Shown here in pieces: positions 28,340-38,798 of a stretch of DNA of 64,000 bases; the first letter of the stretch is position 1, and each line of letters begins with the position of its first letter. The notes below the pieces were generated by a model, which was given only the letters and a program-made list of their open reading frames with translations, was not told the DNA's origin and ran no database searches. The translations under genes were made by a program, and so were the position numbers. Source of the stretch: Microbacterium sp. (lineage in GTDB: Bacteria; Actinomycetota; Actinomycetes; Actinomycetales; Microbacteriaceae); assembly GCF_041641055.1 (NCBI RefSeq), contig NZ_JBEPZB010000008.1:46600-110599 (forward strand). The letters are read 5' to 3'.

Positions 28340-29665
28340 TCAGCTCGCGTCGACGTAGACGGTGGGGATCGCCGGATCCGACTTGCTGAGCGCCAGCGCT
28401 CGCACGGGCAGCTCCTCGCGCACACGCAGGTGGTGCTCGCGAGCGGATGCCGTGCCCTGCGGCCCTTCGAAGGAGGTGTCGATGTCGCCGGCCTCGACGA
28501 ACGTCGTCTGCAGTGCTCGTCCGTCCGGGTGCTCGCTCGGGGTGTCGAGCTCCTCGAAGCCGTCCGACACGACCACCGTCTCGGCCTCGGCGACCCCGTC
28601 GACCAGCGTGCGGAAGGCGGCCTTGCGCCCGCCGTGCGACGCCTTGTCGGTCGAGGCCTTGGCGACGCCGATCCAGGCGCCGTTCGGATCCTGTCTCGCG
28701 ACCAGCTTGTAGACCATGCTCGCCGTGGGGTATCCGGATCCGGTCACGACCGAGGTGCCCACGCCGTAGGAATCCACCGGCGACGCAGCCAGAGCGGCGA
28801 TCGCGTACTCGTCCAGATCGCTGGTGACGGTGATCCTGGTGCCGGTGGCGCCGAGCTCGTCGAGTTGCGCCCGCACCTCCGCTGCCACGATCGGGAGGTC
28901 GCCCGAGTCGATGCGCACGCCGCCCAGCCCGGTTCCGGCGACGCGGATCGCGGTCTCGACGCCGGTGCGGATGTCGTAGGTGTCGACGAGGAGCGTCGTC
29001 CCGGTGCCGAGGCTGTCGATCTGCGATCGGAACGCCTCCTCCTCGCTCTCGTGCAGAAGGGTCCAGGAATGGGCCGCCGTGCCCATGGTCGGGATGCCCC
29101 AGCGCCGCCCTGCTTCGAGGTTGCTCGTCGCCCGGAACCCGGCGATGTACGCGGCGCGAGCTGCGGCGACCGCGGACTGCTCGGCGGCTCGGCGGGAGCC
29201 CATCTCGGCCAGGGGGCGCTCACCGGCGGCGATGCTCATCCTGGACGCCGCCGTGGCGACAGCGGAGTCATGATTGAGGACGCTGAGCGCCAGCGTCTCC
29301 AATACGACGGCGTCGGCGAAGCTGCCCTCGACCGTGAGGATGGGGGAGCCGGGGAAATACAGCTCACCTTCGCGGTAGCCGCGGATGGATCCGGTGAAGC
29401 GGTAGTTCTCGAGGTAGGTCAGGGACTCGGCGTCCACCACGTCGTTGTCGCGGAGGAAACGCAGCTCGTCGTCCTCGAAGCGGAACTCGCGCAGCAGCGT
29501 GAGCAGACGGCCGGTGCCGGCGACGACGCCGAAACGGCGCCCGCCGGAGAGTCGACGCGAGAAAAGCTCGAACACGCTGGGGCGTGATGCGGTGCCGTCG
29601 CGCAGGGCGGCGGCGAGCATCGTGAGTTCGTAACGGTCGGTCAGCAGCGCCGTGGACGTCGTCAT
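28340..29665 (-). CDS. pncB: Nicotinate phosphoribosyltransferase
   Basis: [37 protein letters not shown] and VYKLV; start MTTST at 29665. Confidence 0.93.
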   Translation of the reverse strand: MTTSTALLTDRYELTMLAAALRDGTASRPSVFELFSRRLSGGRRFGVVAGTGRLLTLLREFRFEDDELRFLRDNDVVDAESLTYLENYRFTGSIRGYREGELYFPGSPILTVEGSFADAVVLETLALSVLNHDSAVATAASRMSIAAGERPLAEMGSRRAAEQSAVAAARAAYIAGFRATSNLEAGRRWGIPTMGTAAHSWTLLHESEEEAFRSQIDSLGTGTTLLVDTYDIRTGVETAIRVAGTGLGGVRIDSGDLPIVAAEVRAQLDELGATGTRITVTSDLDEYAIAALAASPVDSYGVGTSVVTGSGYPTASMVYKLVARQDPNGAWIGVAKASTDKASHGGRKAAFRTLVDGVAEAETVVVSDGFEELDTPSEHPDGRALQTTFVEAGDIDTSFEGPQGTASAREHHLRVREELPVRALALSKSDPAIPTVYVDAS

Positions 29666-29741
29666 GCGGTTCAGCTTAGTGACGACATCCGTTCGAGTTG
29701 CTGAGCGTGACGCGGGGTGGGCGCGGGTAGGCTGGGGAGTC

Positions 29742-30575
29742 ATGAACGACGCCCCGATCGGAATCTTCGACTCCGGTGTCGGCGGACTCACGGTGGCCAG
29801 GGCCATCAGAGCCCAGCTGCCGCGGGAATCGTTCGTCTACATCGGTGACACGGCGCATTCGCCGTATGGCCCGAAGCCGATCGCCGATGTGCGCCGCTAC
29901 AGCCTCGAGGTCCTCGACACACTGGTCGATCAGGGCGTCAAGATGCTCGTGATCGCCTGCAACACGGCATCCGCCGCCATGCTGCGTGATGCCAGGGAGC
30001 GCTACGACGTCCCGGTCGTCGAGGTGATCGGCCCCGCCGTGCGCCGCGCCGTCTCGACCACGCGCAACGGACGGGTCGGCGTGATCGGCACCGTCGGGAC
30101 GATCGGGTCGCGCGCCTATCAGGACATGCTCGAGGTGAATGAGCGGCTCGAGGTCTTCACGGCTGCCTGCCCTCGCTTCGTCGAGTTCGTCGAGGGAGGG
30201 ATCACCGGCACCCCGGAGGTCCTCGCCACCGCCGAGGAGTACCTGGCGCCGCTGCGCGAGGCGGAGGTCGACACCCTCGTGCTGGGCTGCACGCACTACC
30301 CGTTCCTGCGCGGCGCCATCAGCTACGTCATGGGCGAGGGCGTCACCCTCGTCTCCAGCGACGACGAGACCGCGGGCGACGTCTACCGCCAGCTCGTGCG
30401 CGGCGACCTGCTCGCCTCGCCGGACGCCACCGCGTCGTACGTCTACGAGGCGACCGGCGATTCCACGATCGAGTTCACGGCGCTCGCTAACCGTCTGATG
30501 GGCCGCGAGGTGCGCGACGTCCAGCTCGTGCAGACCGGCGTCATCACTCTTCCTGAACTGACCCCCGGTTCCTGA
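29742..30575 (+). CDS. murI: Glutamate racemase
   Basis: [18 protein letters not shown] and LGCTHYP. Confidence 0.95.
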   Translation: MNDAPIGIFDSGVGGLTVARAIRAQLPRESFVYIGDTAHSPYGPKPIADVRRYSLEVLDTLVDQGVKMLVIACNTASAAMLRDARERYDVPVVEVIGPAVRRAVSTTRNGRVGVIGTVGTIGSRAYQDMLEVNERLEVFTAACPRFVEFVEGGITGTPEVLATAEEYLAPLREAEVDTLVLGCTHYPFLRGAISYVMGEGVTLVSSDDETAGDVYRQLVRGDLLASPDATASYVYEATGDSTIEFTALANRLMGREVRDVQLVQTGVITLPELTPGS

Positions 30576-30622
30576 TCCCTTCCGCAGCATCCGCGTCACC
30601 CGCCCCCACCCGAAAGAAGCCC

Positions 30623-31357
30623 ATGACCAGCATCGTCCGTGCCGACGGCCGCTCCACCGACCAGCTCCGCGAGATCACCATCGAACGAGGCTGGAGCAGC
30701 CATGCCGAGGGATCGGCGCTGATCAGCTTCGGCGGAACGAAGGTGCTGTGCACCGCATCGTTCACCAACGGCGTGCCGCGCTGGCTGACCGGCAAGGGCA
30801 AGGGGTGGGTGACCGCCGAGTACTCGATGCTGCCCAGGGCGACGAACAGCCGCAACGACCGCGAGAGCGTCAAGGGTCGCATCGGCGGACGCACGCACGA
30901 GATCTCCCGTCTGATCGGTCGCGCCCTGCGCGCGGTCGTCGACACCAAGGCTCTGGGTGAGAACACGATCGTGATCGACTGCGACGTGCTGCAGGCCGAC
31001 GGCGGCACCCGCACCGCGGCGATCACCGGCGCCTATGTGGCGCTGGCCGATGCGATCGAGTGGGGCCGCGAGAAGAAGTTCATCGGCAAGAACGCGACGC
31101 CGCTGCTCGACTCGGTCGCCGCCGTCTCGGTCGGCATCATCGACGGCGAGCCCATGCTCGATCTCGCATATGTCGAGGACGTCCGGGCGGAGACCGACAT
31201 GAACGTCGTCGTCACCGGCCGCGGCCTGTTCGTCGAGGTGCAGGGCACGGCCGAGGGAGCGCCGTTCGACAAGCGCGAGCTCGATGCCCTGCTCGATCTG
31301 GGTGTGGCCGGCTGCGCAGACCTCAAGGATCAGCAGCTGAAGGCTCTGGCGGGCTGA
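30623..31357 (+). CDS. rph: Ribonuclease PH
   Basis: [23 protein letters not shown] and [13 protein letters not shown]. Confidence 0.95.
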   Translation: MTSIVRADGRSTDQLREITIERGWSSHAEGSALISFGGTKVLCTASFTNGVPRWLTGKGKGWVTAEYSMLPRATNSRNDRESVKGRIGGRTHEISRLIGRALRAVVDTKALGENTIVIDCDVLQADGGTRTAAITGAYVALADAIEWGREKKFIGKNATPLLDSVAAVSVGIIDGEPMLDLAYVEDVRAETDMNVVVTGRGLFVEVQGTAEGAPFDKRELDALLDLGVAGCADLKDQQLKALAG

Positions 31358-31950
31358 TGAAGGTCGTCCTCGCCACGCACAATCCGCACAAGGTCGCGGA
31401 GTTCCAGCAGATCGTCGCGGCGACGCGACCCGATCTCGAGGTCGTGGGCTACGACGGCCCCGAGCCGGTCGAGGACGGGGTCACCTTCGCCGAGAACGCC
31501 CTGATCAAGGCGCGGGCTGCCTCGGCGCACACCGGGCTCGCGGCGCTCGCCGACGACTCCGGCATCTGCGTCGACGTGCTCGGCGGATCGCCCGGCGTCT
31601 TCTCCGCCTACTGGGCCGGGCAGAAGAAGGATGCCGCCGCGAACCTCGAGCTGCTGCTCGATCAGCTGCGTGACATCGCGGATCAGCACCGCAGCGCCCA
31701 CTTCACCTCGACCATCGCGCTCGTGACCCCGGAGGGTGCAGAGCACGTGGTCGTGGGGGACTGGCCAGGACGCCTGGCGACCGAGCCGTCGGGACTCGGC
31801 GGCTTCGGCTATGACCCGATCTTCGTCCCCGACGGCCAGCCCGCCGGAGCCGAGCGCACCGTGGGCCAGTTCACCGCGGAGGAGAAGCAGGCGCAGTCGC
31901 ACCGCGCCCGCGCCTTCGAGAAGCTGGCACCGCTGCTCACGACGCTCTGA
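31357..31950 (+). CDS. rdgB: Non-canonical purine NTP pyrophosphatase
   Basis: LATHNPHKVAE, ADDSG, GFGYDPIF and SHRARA; start coupled to the rph stop (TGATG). Confidence 0.92.
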   Translation: MKVVLATHNPHKVAEFQQIVAATRPDLEVVGYDGPEPVEDGVTFAENALIKARAASAHTGLAALADDSGICVDVLGGSPGVFSAYWAGQKKDAAANLELLLDQLRDIADQHRSAHFTSTIALVTPEGAEHVVVGDWPGRLATEPSGLGGFGYDPIFVPDGQPAGAERTVGQFTAEEKQAQSHRARAFEKLAPLLTTL

Positions 31951-31959
31951 GCCGCGCGA

Positions 31960-32012
31960 TACGTCAACCACTACGCTTGACGTACTTCATTCGTAGTGGT
32001 TAATCTGGCGGC
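31960..32012 (+). promoter_or_regulatory. Sigma-A-type leaderless promoter covered by two inverted repeats
   Basis: -35 TTGACG (31977-82), -10 TAATCT (32001-06), ATG at 32013. IRs: aaccactacg/cgtagtggtt and tacgtcaa/ttgacgta. Confidence 0.7.
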
Positions 32013-32588
32013 ATGAGAGAACTCACCTACTACATCGGCGTGACCCTCGACGGGTTCATCGCTGGGCCCGCCGACGAGGTCGATTTCTATCCGGTGACCC
32101 CCGCATTCGCCGAGATGATGGGCACTGAGCTGGCCGACATCCAGCCGGCGTTCGTCCGCGCGGATCGTGGAGGAGTCGACGAGCCGCTCACCCGCTTCGA
32201 CACCGTGCTGATGGGGCGCCGCACGTATGAGCCGGCGTTGCAGATGGGCATCACCGACCCTTACTCGCAGTTGCGGACGGTGGTGTTCAGCACCACGCAG
32301 GCGGACCCGCAGGATCCGAACGTCGAGATCGTGCGGACGGACCCCGTCGCTCGGGTACGAGAGCTCAAGGCCGAGCCGGGCCTCGGAATCTACCTCGCGG
32401 GTGGGGCGGTGCTCGCCGGCGTCCTCCTCGACGAGATCGACCGACTGATCGTCAAGAAGTACCCGGTCATCGCCGGGTCCGGCATCCCGATGGTCAGCCA
32501 CTCGTTCGCTCCGACGCAGTTCGGCCTGGAGCAGGTGCGGTCGTTCGACAACGGCTGCGTCGTGCTCGAATACGCCCGCCTGCGCTGA
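32013..32588 (+). CDS. RibD C-terminal domain / dihydrofolate reductase-like protein
   Basis: YIGVTLDGFIA, LMGRRTYE, IYLAGG and YPVIAGSG. Confidence 0.85.
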   Translation: MRELTYYIGVTLDGFIAGPADEVDFYPVTPAFAEMMGTELADIQPAFVRADRGGVDEPLTRFDTVLMGRRTYEPALQMGITDPYSQLRTVVFSTTQADPQDPNVEIVRTDPVARVRELKAEPGLGIYLAGGAVLAGVLLDEIDRLIVKKYPVIAGSGIPMVSHSFAPTQFGLEQVRSFDNGCVVLEYARLR

Positions 32589-32671
32589 GGCCGAGGCTAC
32601 TGAGAATCATCACCATTCCCGACTGGGCGGATACCGGCCGGCGACCGGGGACGCCGGTCTAGCCTGGAGAC

Positions 32672-33592
32672 ATGCACGATCACGCGCCCGCCGCCGGCGG
32701 CATCCGCTCCGCCGGCCATCGTCGACTTCTGGCGATCTCGCTGACGCTCACGGCGACCGTCATGGTGGTGCAGATCGTGGGCGCCGTGCTCACCGGATCG
32801 CTGGCGCTGCTGGCCGATGCCGCGCACATGTTCACCGACGCCTCGGCCCTCGTGATCGCGCTGATCGCCGCCGCAGTCGCAGCGCGACCCGCGGACGACC
32901 GACGTACATTCGGATACCAGCGGGCCGAGGTGTTCGGAGCGCTGATCAATGCGATCATCCTGATCCTGCTCGCCGGCTGGGTCGCGATCGAGGCTATCGG
33001 CCGCCTGCTGAACCCGGGCGAGACCGAGGTCGTCGGAGGGCTGATGCTCGTCGTCGCGGTCGTCGGTCTCATCGCCAACGCGATCTCGATGTGGCTTCTG
33101 AGCCGTGCGCAGCGCACCAGCATCAACGTGCGAGGCGCCTACCTCGAGGTCATGGGCGACCTGATCGGCTCGGCGATGGTGATCATCGCCGCGATCGTGA
33201 TCGTCACGACCGGATGGATGCCGGCGGACGCGATCGCGTCCATGCTCATCGCCGTGCTCATCATCCCGCGAGCGATCGCACTGCTGCGGGAGGTGTTCTC
33301 GGTGCTCGCCGAGTCAGCGCCGAAGGGAACGGCGGTGAGCGACATCCGCCAGCACCTCCTCGACTACGACGGGGTCATCGGCGTCCACGACGTGCACGTC
33401 TGGCAGCTCACGCGCGGTGCGCCGGTGTTCAGCGCGCACGTCAGCGTGGATCCGACCCTGCTCGCCGACGGTCGATCGGCGACCCTGCTCAACGATCTGC
33501 AGTCCTGCCTCGCCGATCACTTCGACGTCGCGCACTCGACGTTCCAGATCGAGCCGGCCGAGCAGTCCGACTGCGAACCGCATCACGCCTGA
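32672..33592 (+). CDS. Cation diffusion facilitator (CzcD/ZitB-like)
   Basis: ALLADAAHMFTD, TFGYQRAE, AYLEVMGDLIGS, HDVHVW and HSTFQIE. Confidence 0.92.
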   Translation: MHDHAPAAGGIRSAGHRRLLAISLTLTATVMVVQIVGAVLTGSLALLADAAHMFTDASALVIALIAAAVAARPADDRRTFGYQRAEVFGALINAIILILLAGWVAIEAIGRLLNPGETEVVGGLMLVVAVVGLIANAISMWLLSRAQRTSINVRGAYLEVMGDLIGSAMVIIAAIVIVTTGWMPADAIASMLIAVLIIPRAIALLREVFSVLAESAPKGTAVSDIRQHLLDYDGVIGVHDVHVWQLTRGAPVFSAHVSVDPTLLADGRSATLLNDLQSCLADHFDVAHSTFQIEPAEQSDCEPHHA

Positions 33593-33596
33593 GGTC

Positions 33597-35591
33597 TCAG
33601 CTCTCGACGACGACCTCGTCGGGTGTCTTGTCGGGCCGCAGACCCCGCCACCGGGAATGACGCAGGATGCCGTCGGGCGTCCAGTTCGCGAACTCGACCT
33701 CGCCCACCAGCTCAGGCTCGACCCACAGCGCGTCGGAGGCATCCAGTGCAGGGACATCCGCGAGGGGCGCCTTCTCGATGCGCAGCGGCGCGAGACGTGA
33801 CAGCAGGTCGCGGAGCATCCGGTCGGTGAAGCCCGTGCCGACGCGGCCGACGTAGCGCAGCCGTCCCGAATCCGGCACCGCGAGCAGCAGCGAGCCGAAT
33901 GTGCCCTCGCGATCCCCCTTGCCCGGACGGATGCCGACGATCACCACTTCCTGCATCCGGGTGTGCTTGAGCTTGAGCCAGGCGGGAGATCGCTGCCCCG
34001 GGCGATAGCGGGAACCCGGATCCTTGACGACGACGCCCTCGAGGCCGAACTCGTCACTCGTCGCGAGCGCCGCGTCGACGTCGTCGAACACCGGAGGCAC
34101 CTGCACCGGGGCGTCGAGCTCGGAGATGACCTCGTCGAGCAGGGTGCGACGCTGCGAGAGGGGCATCGTGGTGAGGTCGTGGCCGTCGAGCCGCAGCAGG
34201 TCGAAGACCATGTAGATGATGGGGGTCCGCACGACCTCGCGCTCGATCTCGCGGGGGCGCTCGAGGTGCATGCGGTTCTGCAGCTTCGAGAAGCTCGGTC
34301 TGCCCTGCGCGTCGAAGGCGACGATCTCGCCATCGAGGATCGCATCGGAGACGGGGAGGAAGGGTGCCCCGTCGGCGGTGAGCTCGGGGTACCGGGCGGT
34401 GATGTCCGTGCCGCTGCGGGCATGCAGCAGCATCCGTCCGTCCGACCACGTGCCGATCGCCCTGATCCCGTCCCACTTCACCTCGACCCAGGAGGGGGTG
34501 CTCAGGCCGCGCGCGATCGCCGGCGTGCCGTTCTCGGCGAGCATCGGGGAGAGGGAGGCGGCGGTGACGGATGCGGGCGAGGCGGCGCCGCCTGCACCGC
34601 GGGCATGGCGGCGCGCAGGCCTGCCCCGCTCGCGCGGCTCTTCGGTCGGCGCCGTCGCCTGAACCTCGGCAGTGGCGCGACCGGTGCTGAGCGATTCCGC
34701 GGGTGCGATGCGGAGCGGCGCGATCGGATCGACGCCGGACTCTGCGCGCTCGAGCACGGTCGAGAAGTCGAGTTGAGCCAGGTCGGGGTCGTCGAGCTCC
34801 TCCCAGGTGCGGGGTGCGGCGACCCAGGGCTGCGCGCGGCCACGCAGGGAGTACGGCGAGATCGTCGTCTTCTTGCCGTTGTTCTGGCTCCAGTCGAGGA
34901 AGACCTTGCCGCCGCGGGCGGCCTTCGCCATGGTGCTGGTCGCCAGGTCGGGGTGATCGGTCTCGATGAGCCGGGCGATCTCCTTCACCACGGCCGAGAT
35001 CTCAGCGCTGGTCTGCTGACCGGGAAGAGCGGCATACAGGTGGATGCCCTTACTGCCGCTCGTGACGGGGACAGGGTCGAGGCCGATGTCGGTGAGGAGG
35101 CCCCGAGCGATGCGGGCGACCTCCGCGCACTGGGCGAGTCCCACTCCGGGGCCGGGGTCGAGGTCGAGCACGAGACGGTCCGGCCTGCCGGGCAGGCCGT
35201 CGGGTGCGAAGCGCCATTGCGGCACATGGAGCTCGATCGCCGCGACCTGCGCGAGCCAGACGAGGGTGGGCACGTCCTCGACGAGCGGATACTCCTTGGG
35301 GCCGTCGGAATGCTGGATCGGCTGCCGCGGGATCCAGTCCGGCGCTCCCGGTTCGAGCTGTTTCGTGAAGAACGCGTCGGCGGGAGCATCCGCTGTCCCC
35401 ACTCCCTCGACCCAGCGTTTGCGGGTGACCGGGCGCCCGTCGAGCAGGGGGAGCAGATGCGGCGCGATCGCCGTGTAGTAGGCGATGATCTCGCCCTTGG
35501 TGGTGCCGGTCTCGGCGTAGACGACCTTGTCGAGGTTCGTGATGCGCAGCCGGCGGCCGTCGATCTGCACGTTCTGCGCCTCCGGAACCAT
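33597..35591 (-). CDS. ligD: NHEJ LigD: polymerase-ligase fusion without a phosphoesterase domain
   Basis: Pol motifs LDLDPG, TSGSKGIHLY and FLDWSQN; ligase motifs EVKWDG and EGVVVK...WLKLK; start MVPEA at 35591. Confidence 0.9.
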   Translation of the reverse strand: MVPEAQNVQIDGRRLRITNLDKVVYAETGTTKGEIIAYYTAIAPHLLPLLDGRPVTRKRWVEGVGTADAPADAFFTKQLEPGAPDWIPRQPIQHSDGPKEYPLVEDVPTLVWLAQVAAIELHVPQWRFAPDGLPGRPDRLVLDLDPGPGVGLAQCAEVARIARGLLTDIGLDPVPVTSGSKGIHLYAALPGQQTSAEISAVVKEIARLIETDHPDLATSTMAKAARGGKVFLDWSQNNGKKTTISPYSLRGRAQPWVAAPRTWEELDDPDLAQLDFSTVLERAESGVDPIAPLRIAPAESLSTGRATAEVQATAPTEEPRERGRPARRHARGAGGAASPASVTAASLSPMLAENGTPAIARGLSTPSWVEVKWDGIRAIGTWSDGRMLLHARSGTDITARYPELTADGAPFLPVSDAILDGEIVAFDAQGRPSFSKLQNRMHLERPREIEREVVRTPIIYMVFDLLRLDGHDLTTMPLSQRRTLLDEVISELDAPVQVPPVFDDVDAALATSDEFGLEGVVVKDPGSRYRPGQRSPAWLKLKHTRMQEVVIVGIRPGKGDREGTFGSLLLAVPDSGRLRYVGRVGTGFTDRMLRDLLSRLAPLRIEKAPLADVPALDASDALWVEPELVGEVEFANWTPDGILRHSRWRGLRPDKTPDEVVVES

Positions 35592-35649
35592 GACGCCCAG
35601 CGTAGTCAAGGACTGGCCGTGAACCGGGCGGCTGGTGTTCACTGGGGGC

Positions 35650-36504
35650 ATGAGAACGATCTGGAAGGGCGCGCTGACCTTCGGCCTGGTGAATGTCCCG
35701 GTCAAGGTGTATTCCGCGACGGAGGACCACGACGTCCCGCTGCACCAGGTGCACGAGAAGGACGGCGGGCGTATCCGGTATCAGCGCACGTGCGAGGTGT
35801 GCGGTGAGACCGTGGCGTATGCCGACATCGACCGCGCGTATGTCGATGAAGGCCAGACGGTCGTGCTCACGAAGGACGACCTCGCGGCGCTCCCGTCGGA
35901 GAAGAGCCGCGAGATCGATGTGGTCGAGTTCGTGCCCTCCGACCAGGTCGACCTGCTGACGCTCGACAAGCCGTACTACCTCGAGCCCGACTCGAAGTCG
36001 CCGAAGGCGTACGTGCTGCTGCGCAAGACGCTCGAGCAGACCGACCGGACGGCGATCGTGCGGTTCACGCTGCGTCAGAAAACGCGGCTCGCGGCGCTGC
36101 GGGTGCGCGGCAAGGTGCTCGTGCTGCAGACGCTGCTCTGGGCCGACGAGGTGCGCGAGGCGGCGTTCCCGTCGCTGGATGAGGACGTGCGGATCTCGAA
36201 GAAGGAACTCGACCTGTCGGCATCCCTCGTCGACAGCTATTCGGCCGACTTCGACCCCGAGTCGTTCGTCGACGAGTACCAGAAGGAACTGCGCACGCTG
36301 ATCGACGCCAAGATCGACGCCGGCGACACCTTCGATGTCTCCGAGACGTTCGGCGAGGGAGAGGGCGACGCAAAGAGCGGCGAGGTCATCGACCTGATGG
36401 AGGCGCTGCGCGCCAGCGTCGCGCGCACGAAGGCTGCGCGGTCGGAGTCGTCGGACGAGAAGAAGACCACGAAGAAGGGTCCGAGCAAGAAGAAGGCCGG
36501 CTGA
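35650..36504 (+). CDS. ku: NHEJ Ku protein
   Basis: MRTIWKGALTFGLVNVPVK, GGRIRYQR, YYLEP and VIDLMEALRAS; basic C-terminal tail. Confidence 0.95.
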   Translation: MRTIWKGALTFGLVNVPVKVYSATEDHDVPLHQVHEKDGGRIRYQRTCEVCGETVAYADIDRAYVDEGQTVVLTKDDLAALPSEKSREIDVVEFVPSDQVDLLTLDKPYYLEPDSKSPKAYVLLRKTLEQTDRTAIVRFTLRQKTRLAALRVRGKVLVLQTLLWADEVREAAFPSLDEDVRISKKELDLSASLVDSYSADFDPESFVDEYQKELRTLIDAKIDAGDTFDVSETFGEGEGDAKSGEVIDLMEALRASVARTKAARSESSDEKKTTKKGPSKKKAG

Positions 36505-36518
36505 GGTCAGCCGGCCTT
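36493..36518. terminator. Hairpin overlapping the ku stop, between convergent ku and dedA
   Basis: aaggccggctga-gg-tcagccggcctt, a perfect 12-bp inverted repeat. Confidence 0.6.
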
Positions 36519-36538
36519 GCTCTGAGCCTGCGCGGGTG

Positions 36539-37327
36539 TCAGTGCTTGCCGTCGCCGTCGAGGTCGGGGGCGCGGTCGAACACCTCGGCGTCGAGCGTGA
36601 GCTCCTGCGCCTCGATCGCGTCGGTCTCGCCCTCACCGGCCGCGGCGGCCTTCTTCGCCTTGTGGCGCTCGGAGAGGTAGTGCCAGAGCGTGACCAGCGC
36701 GGTGCCGCCGACGGCGGCGAGCAGGATGAGGTCGATGTACTCGGTCACGAACCACTTGATCGGCGGAATGAAGCCGATCGCGTAGCCGAGCATCGTGAGC
36801 CCGAATCCCCACAGCATCGCGCCGATCAGGTTGTAGAGCGAATACTTCCGCCACGGCATATGCCCGACGCCGGCAGCGACCGGGGCGAACGTGCGGACGA
36901 TCGGCACGAAGCGGGCCAGGATGACGGTGATGCCGCCGAATCGCTCGAAGAACGCGTTCGTGCGCTCGACGTTCTTCTTGCTGAAGAGACCCGATTCCTT
37001 GCGCTCGAAGATCGCGGGACCGCCCTTATGGCCGATGACGTATCCGACTTCTCCGCCGACGAACGCAGCGAGCGCGATAAGCAGCGCCACGATCCAGACG
37101 TTGATCCCGAAGATTCCGTTCTCGGAGCCTGCGATCGGGTGCGAGAGCAGGCCGGCGATGACGAGAAGCGTGTCCCCGGGGAGCAGGAAGCCGACCAGGA
37201 GCCCGGTCTCGGCGAACACGATGAAGCACACCACGAGCAGCGCCCAAGGCCCAGCCCCGCGGATGATGGTCTCCGGATCGAGCCAGGGGATGAGAGCGGT
37301 CGGTGCGTGCAGCATCGTTTCGAGCAC
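36539..37327 (-). CDS. DedA family membrane protein
   Basis: VFAETGLLVGFLLPGDTLL and LARFVPIVRTF; start either GTG 37327 or ATG 37315. Confidence 0.9.
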   Translation of the reverse strand: MLETMLHAPTALIPWLDPETIIRGAGPWALLVVCFIVFAETGLLVGFLLPGDTLLVIAGLLSHPIAGSENGIFGINVWIVALLIALAAFVGGEVGYVIGHKGGPAIFERKESGLFSKKNVERTNAFFERFGGITVILARFVPIVRTFAPVAAGVGHMPWRKYSLYNLIGAMLWGFGLTMLGYAIGFIPPIKWFVTEYIDLILLAAVGGTALVTLWHYLSERHKAKKAAAAGEGETDAIEAQELTLDAEVFDRAPDLDGDGKH

Positions 37328-37408
37328 TGGAGGATTCCCGTCGGTCGTAAGGGTCGGCGGTGGAGCTGATTGAGTGACGGCGGCCGACAACGGCACCATC
37401 GTCTCTCG

Positions 37409-37490
37409 TGCGGAAGGTGGGACTTGAACCCACACGCCCTAGGGCACAGGAACCTAAATCCTGCGTGTCTGCCAATTTCACCACTCCCGC
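37409..37490 (-). tRNA. tRNA-Leu, anticodon TAG
   Basis: Acceptor GCGGGAG/CTTCCGC plus A, anticodon arm CAGGA-TTTAGGT-TCCTG, long variable arm, GGTTCAAGTCC T-arm; CCA not encoded. Confidence 0.95.
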
Positions 37491-37610
37491 GCGGTGAAAA
37501 ACAGTCTACTGATCGGGGGATCGTGCATTGCTGGGGATCCGCCCGCAGCAGCGCTTCGGGGCTGTGGATAACTCCGACGGCGACGGCGGCATTCTTGCGA
37601 GGATGCTCGG

Positions 37611-38798
37611 GTGATCCCTCCTTCCATCGTCGTCGCCGAGCGCGTGCGGCAGCGACTCCGAGGGGAGGGGATGGATCCGACTCTGGATGCGGAGGGTGCG
37701 CGAGCCGTCGCGGTGGGGGAGGTGCGGCGGTTCAATGACGTGGCTCTCGCGCGCGGCGAGGCGATGATCGACGACGAGCCGGGGTGCGTGCGCGATGTGC
37801 TGGCCGCGGTGACGGGGTTCGGGGCGCTGCAGCCGCTGCTCGACGACCCGGAGGTCGAGGAGATCTGGCTCAACGGCCCCGACAGCATCCATGTCGCGCG
37901 GGCTGGGGTGTCGGAGAGGATCGGTCTGCAGCTGAGCGAGGTGATGCTGCGCGATCTCGTCGAGCGGATGCTGCAGTCGACGGGCCGCCGTGTCGACATC
38001 GGTCAGCCGTTCGTCGATGCGTCACTTCCGGACGGTTCGCGGCTGCACGTGGCGATCGCGGATGTGGTGCGCGGCTCGTGGTCGGTCAACATCCGCAAGT
38101 TCCTGCCCCGGTACCGGTCGCTCGATGCGCTGGTGGGCGAGGGAGCGCTCACCCCTGACCTTGCGGCGGTGCTGCGACGGGCGATGGAGGACGGCCGGAG
38201 CGTCATCGTCTCGGGCGCGACGCATGCGGGCAAGACCACCCTGCTCGGGGCGCTGCTCGATTCGTGTTCCGAGCGTCAGCGCATCGTGACGGTCGAGGAG
38301 ACCTTCGAGATCGCCGTCGAGGGTCCGGACGTCGTGTCTCTGCAGGGAAGGCAGGCGAGTCTGGAGGGAACCGGCGAGATCACGCTGCGACGCCTCGTCA
38401 AGGAAGCCCTCAGGATGCGGCCGGACCGCATCGTGGTGGGAGAGGTGCGCGACGCGGAGGCACTCGACCTGGTGCTGGCGCTGAACACCGGCGTGCCCGG
38501 TGCCGCGACCGTGCATGCCAACTCGGCAGCGGATGCGCTCGACAAGCTCACGCTGCTTCCGCTGCTCGCCGGGCGCAACATCGATCGCTCCTTCATCGTG
38601 CCCGCTCTCGCCGCTTCCGTCGACCTGGTGGTGCACTGCGTCCGCGATGACGACGGCGTGCGACGGGTGCACGAGGTCATCGCGCCGACGGGAGAGATCG
38701 ATGCCGGGCGGATCGTGACCCGACAGGTGTTCTCGCACGGTGCGGCGACGACCCCCGGCCGGCGCGGCGACCTCCGGCGAGTCGGGGCGCCCGGATGA
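37611..38798 (+). CDS. tadA: Tad pilus assembly ATPase TadA/CpaF
   Basis: EEIWLNGP, VDASLPDGSR, Walker A SGATHAGKTT, ALRMRPDRIVVGEVR and TVHANSA. Confidence 0.92.
   Translation: MIPPSIVVAERVRQRLRGEGMDPTLDAEGARAVAVGEVRRFNDVALARGEAMIDDEPGCVRDVLAAVTGFGALQPLLDDPEVEEIWLNGPDSIHVARAGVSERIGLQLSEVMLRDLVERMLQSTGRRVDIGQPFVDASLPDGSRLHVAIADVVRGSWSVNIRKFLPRYRSLDALVGEGALTPDLAAVLRRAMEDGRSVIVSGATHAGKTTLLGALLDSCSERQRIVTVEETFEIAVEGPDVVSLQGRQASLEGTGEITLRRLVKEALRMRPDRIVVGEVRDAEALDLVLALNTGVPGAATVHANSAADALDKLTLLPLLAGRNIDRSFIVPALAASVDLVVHCVRDDDGVRRVHEVIAPTGEIDAGRIVTRQVFSHGAATTPGRRGDLRRVGAPG

Noticed and set aside
32600-32622. Zur/Fur-like box tgagaatcatcacca upstream of the CDF gene
   Set aside because: Only one half-site is good (3 mismatches in the other); too weak to call
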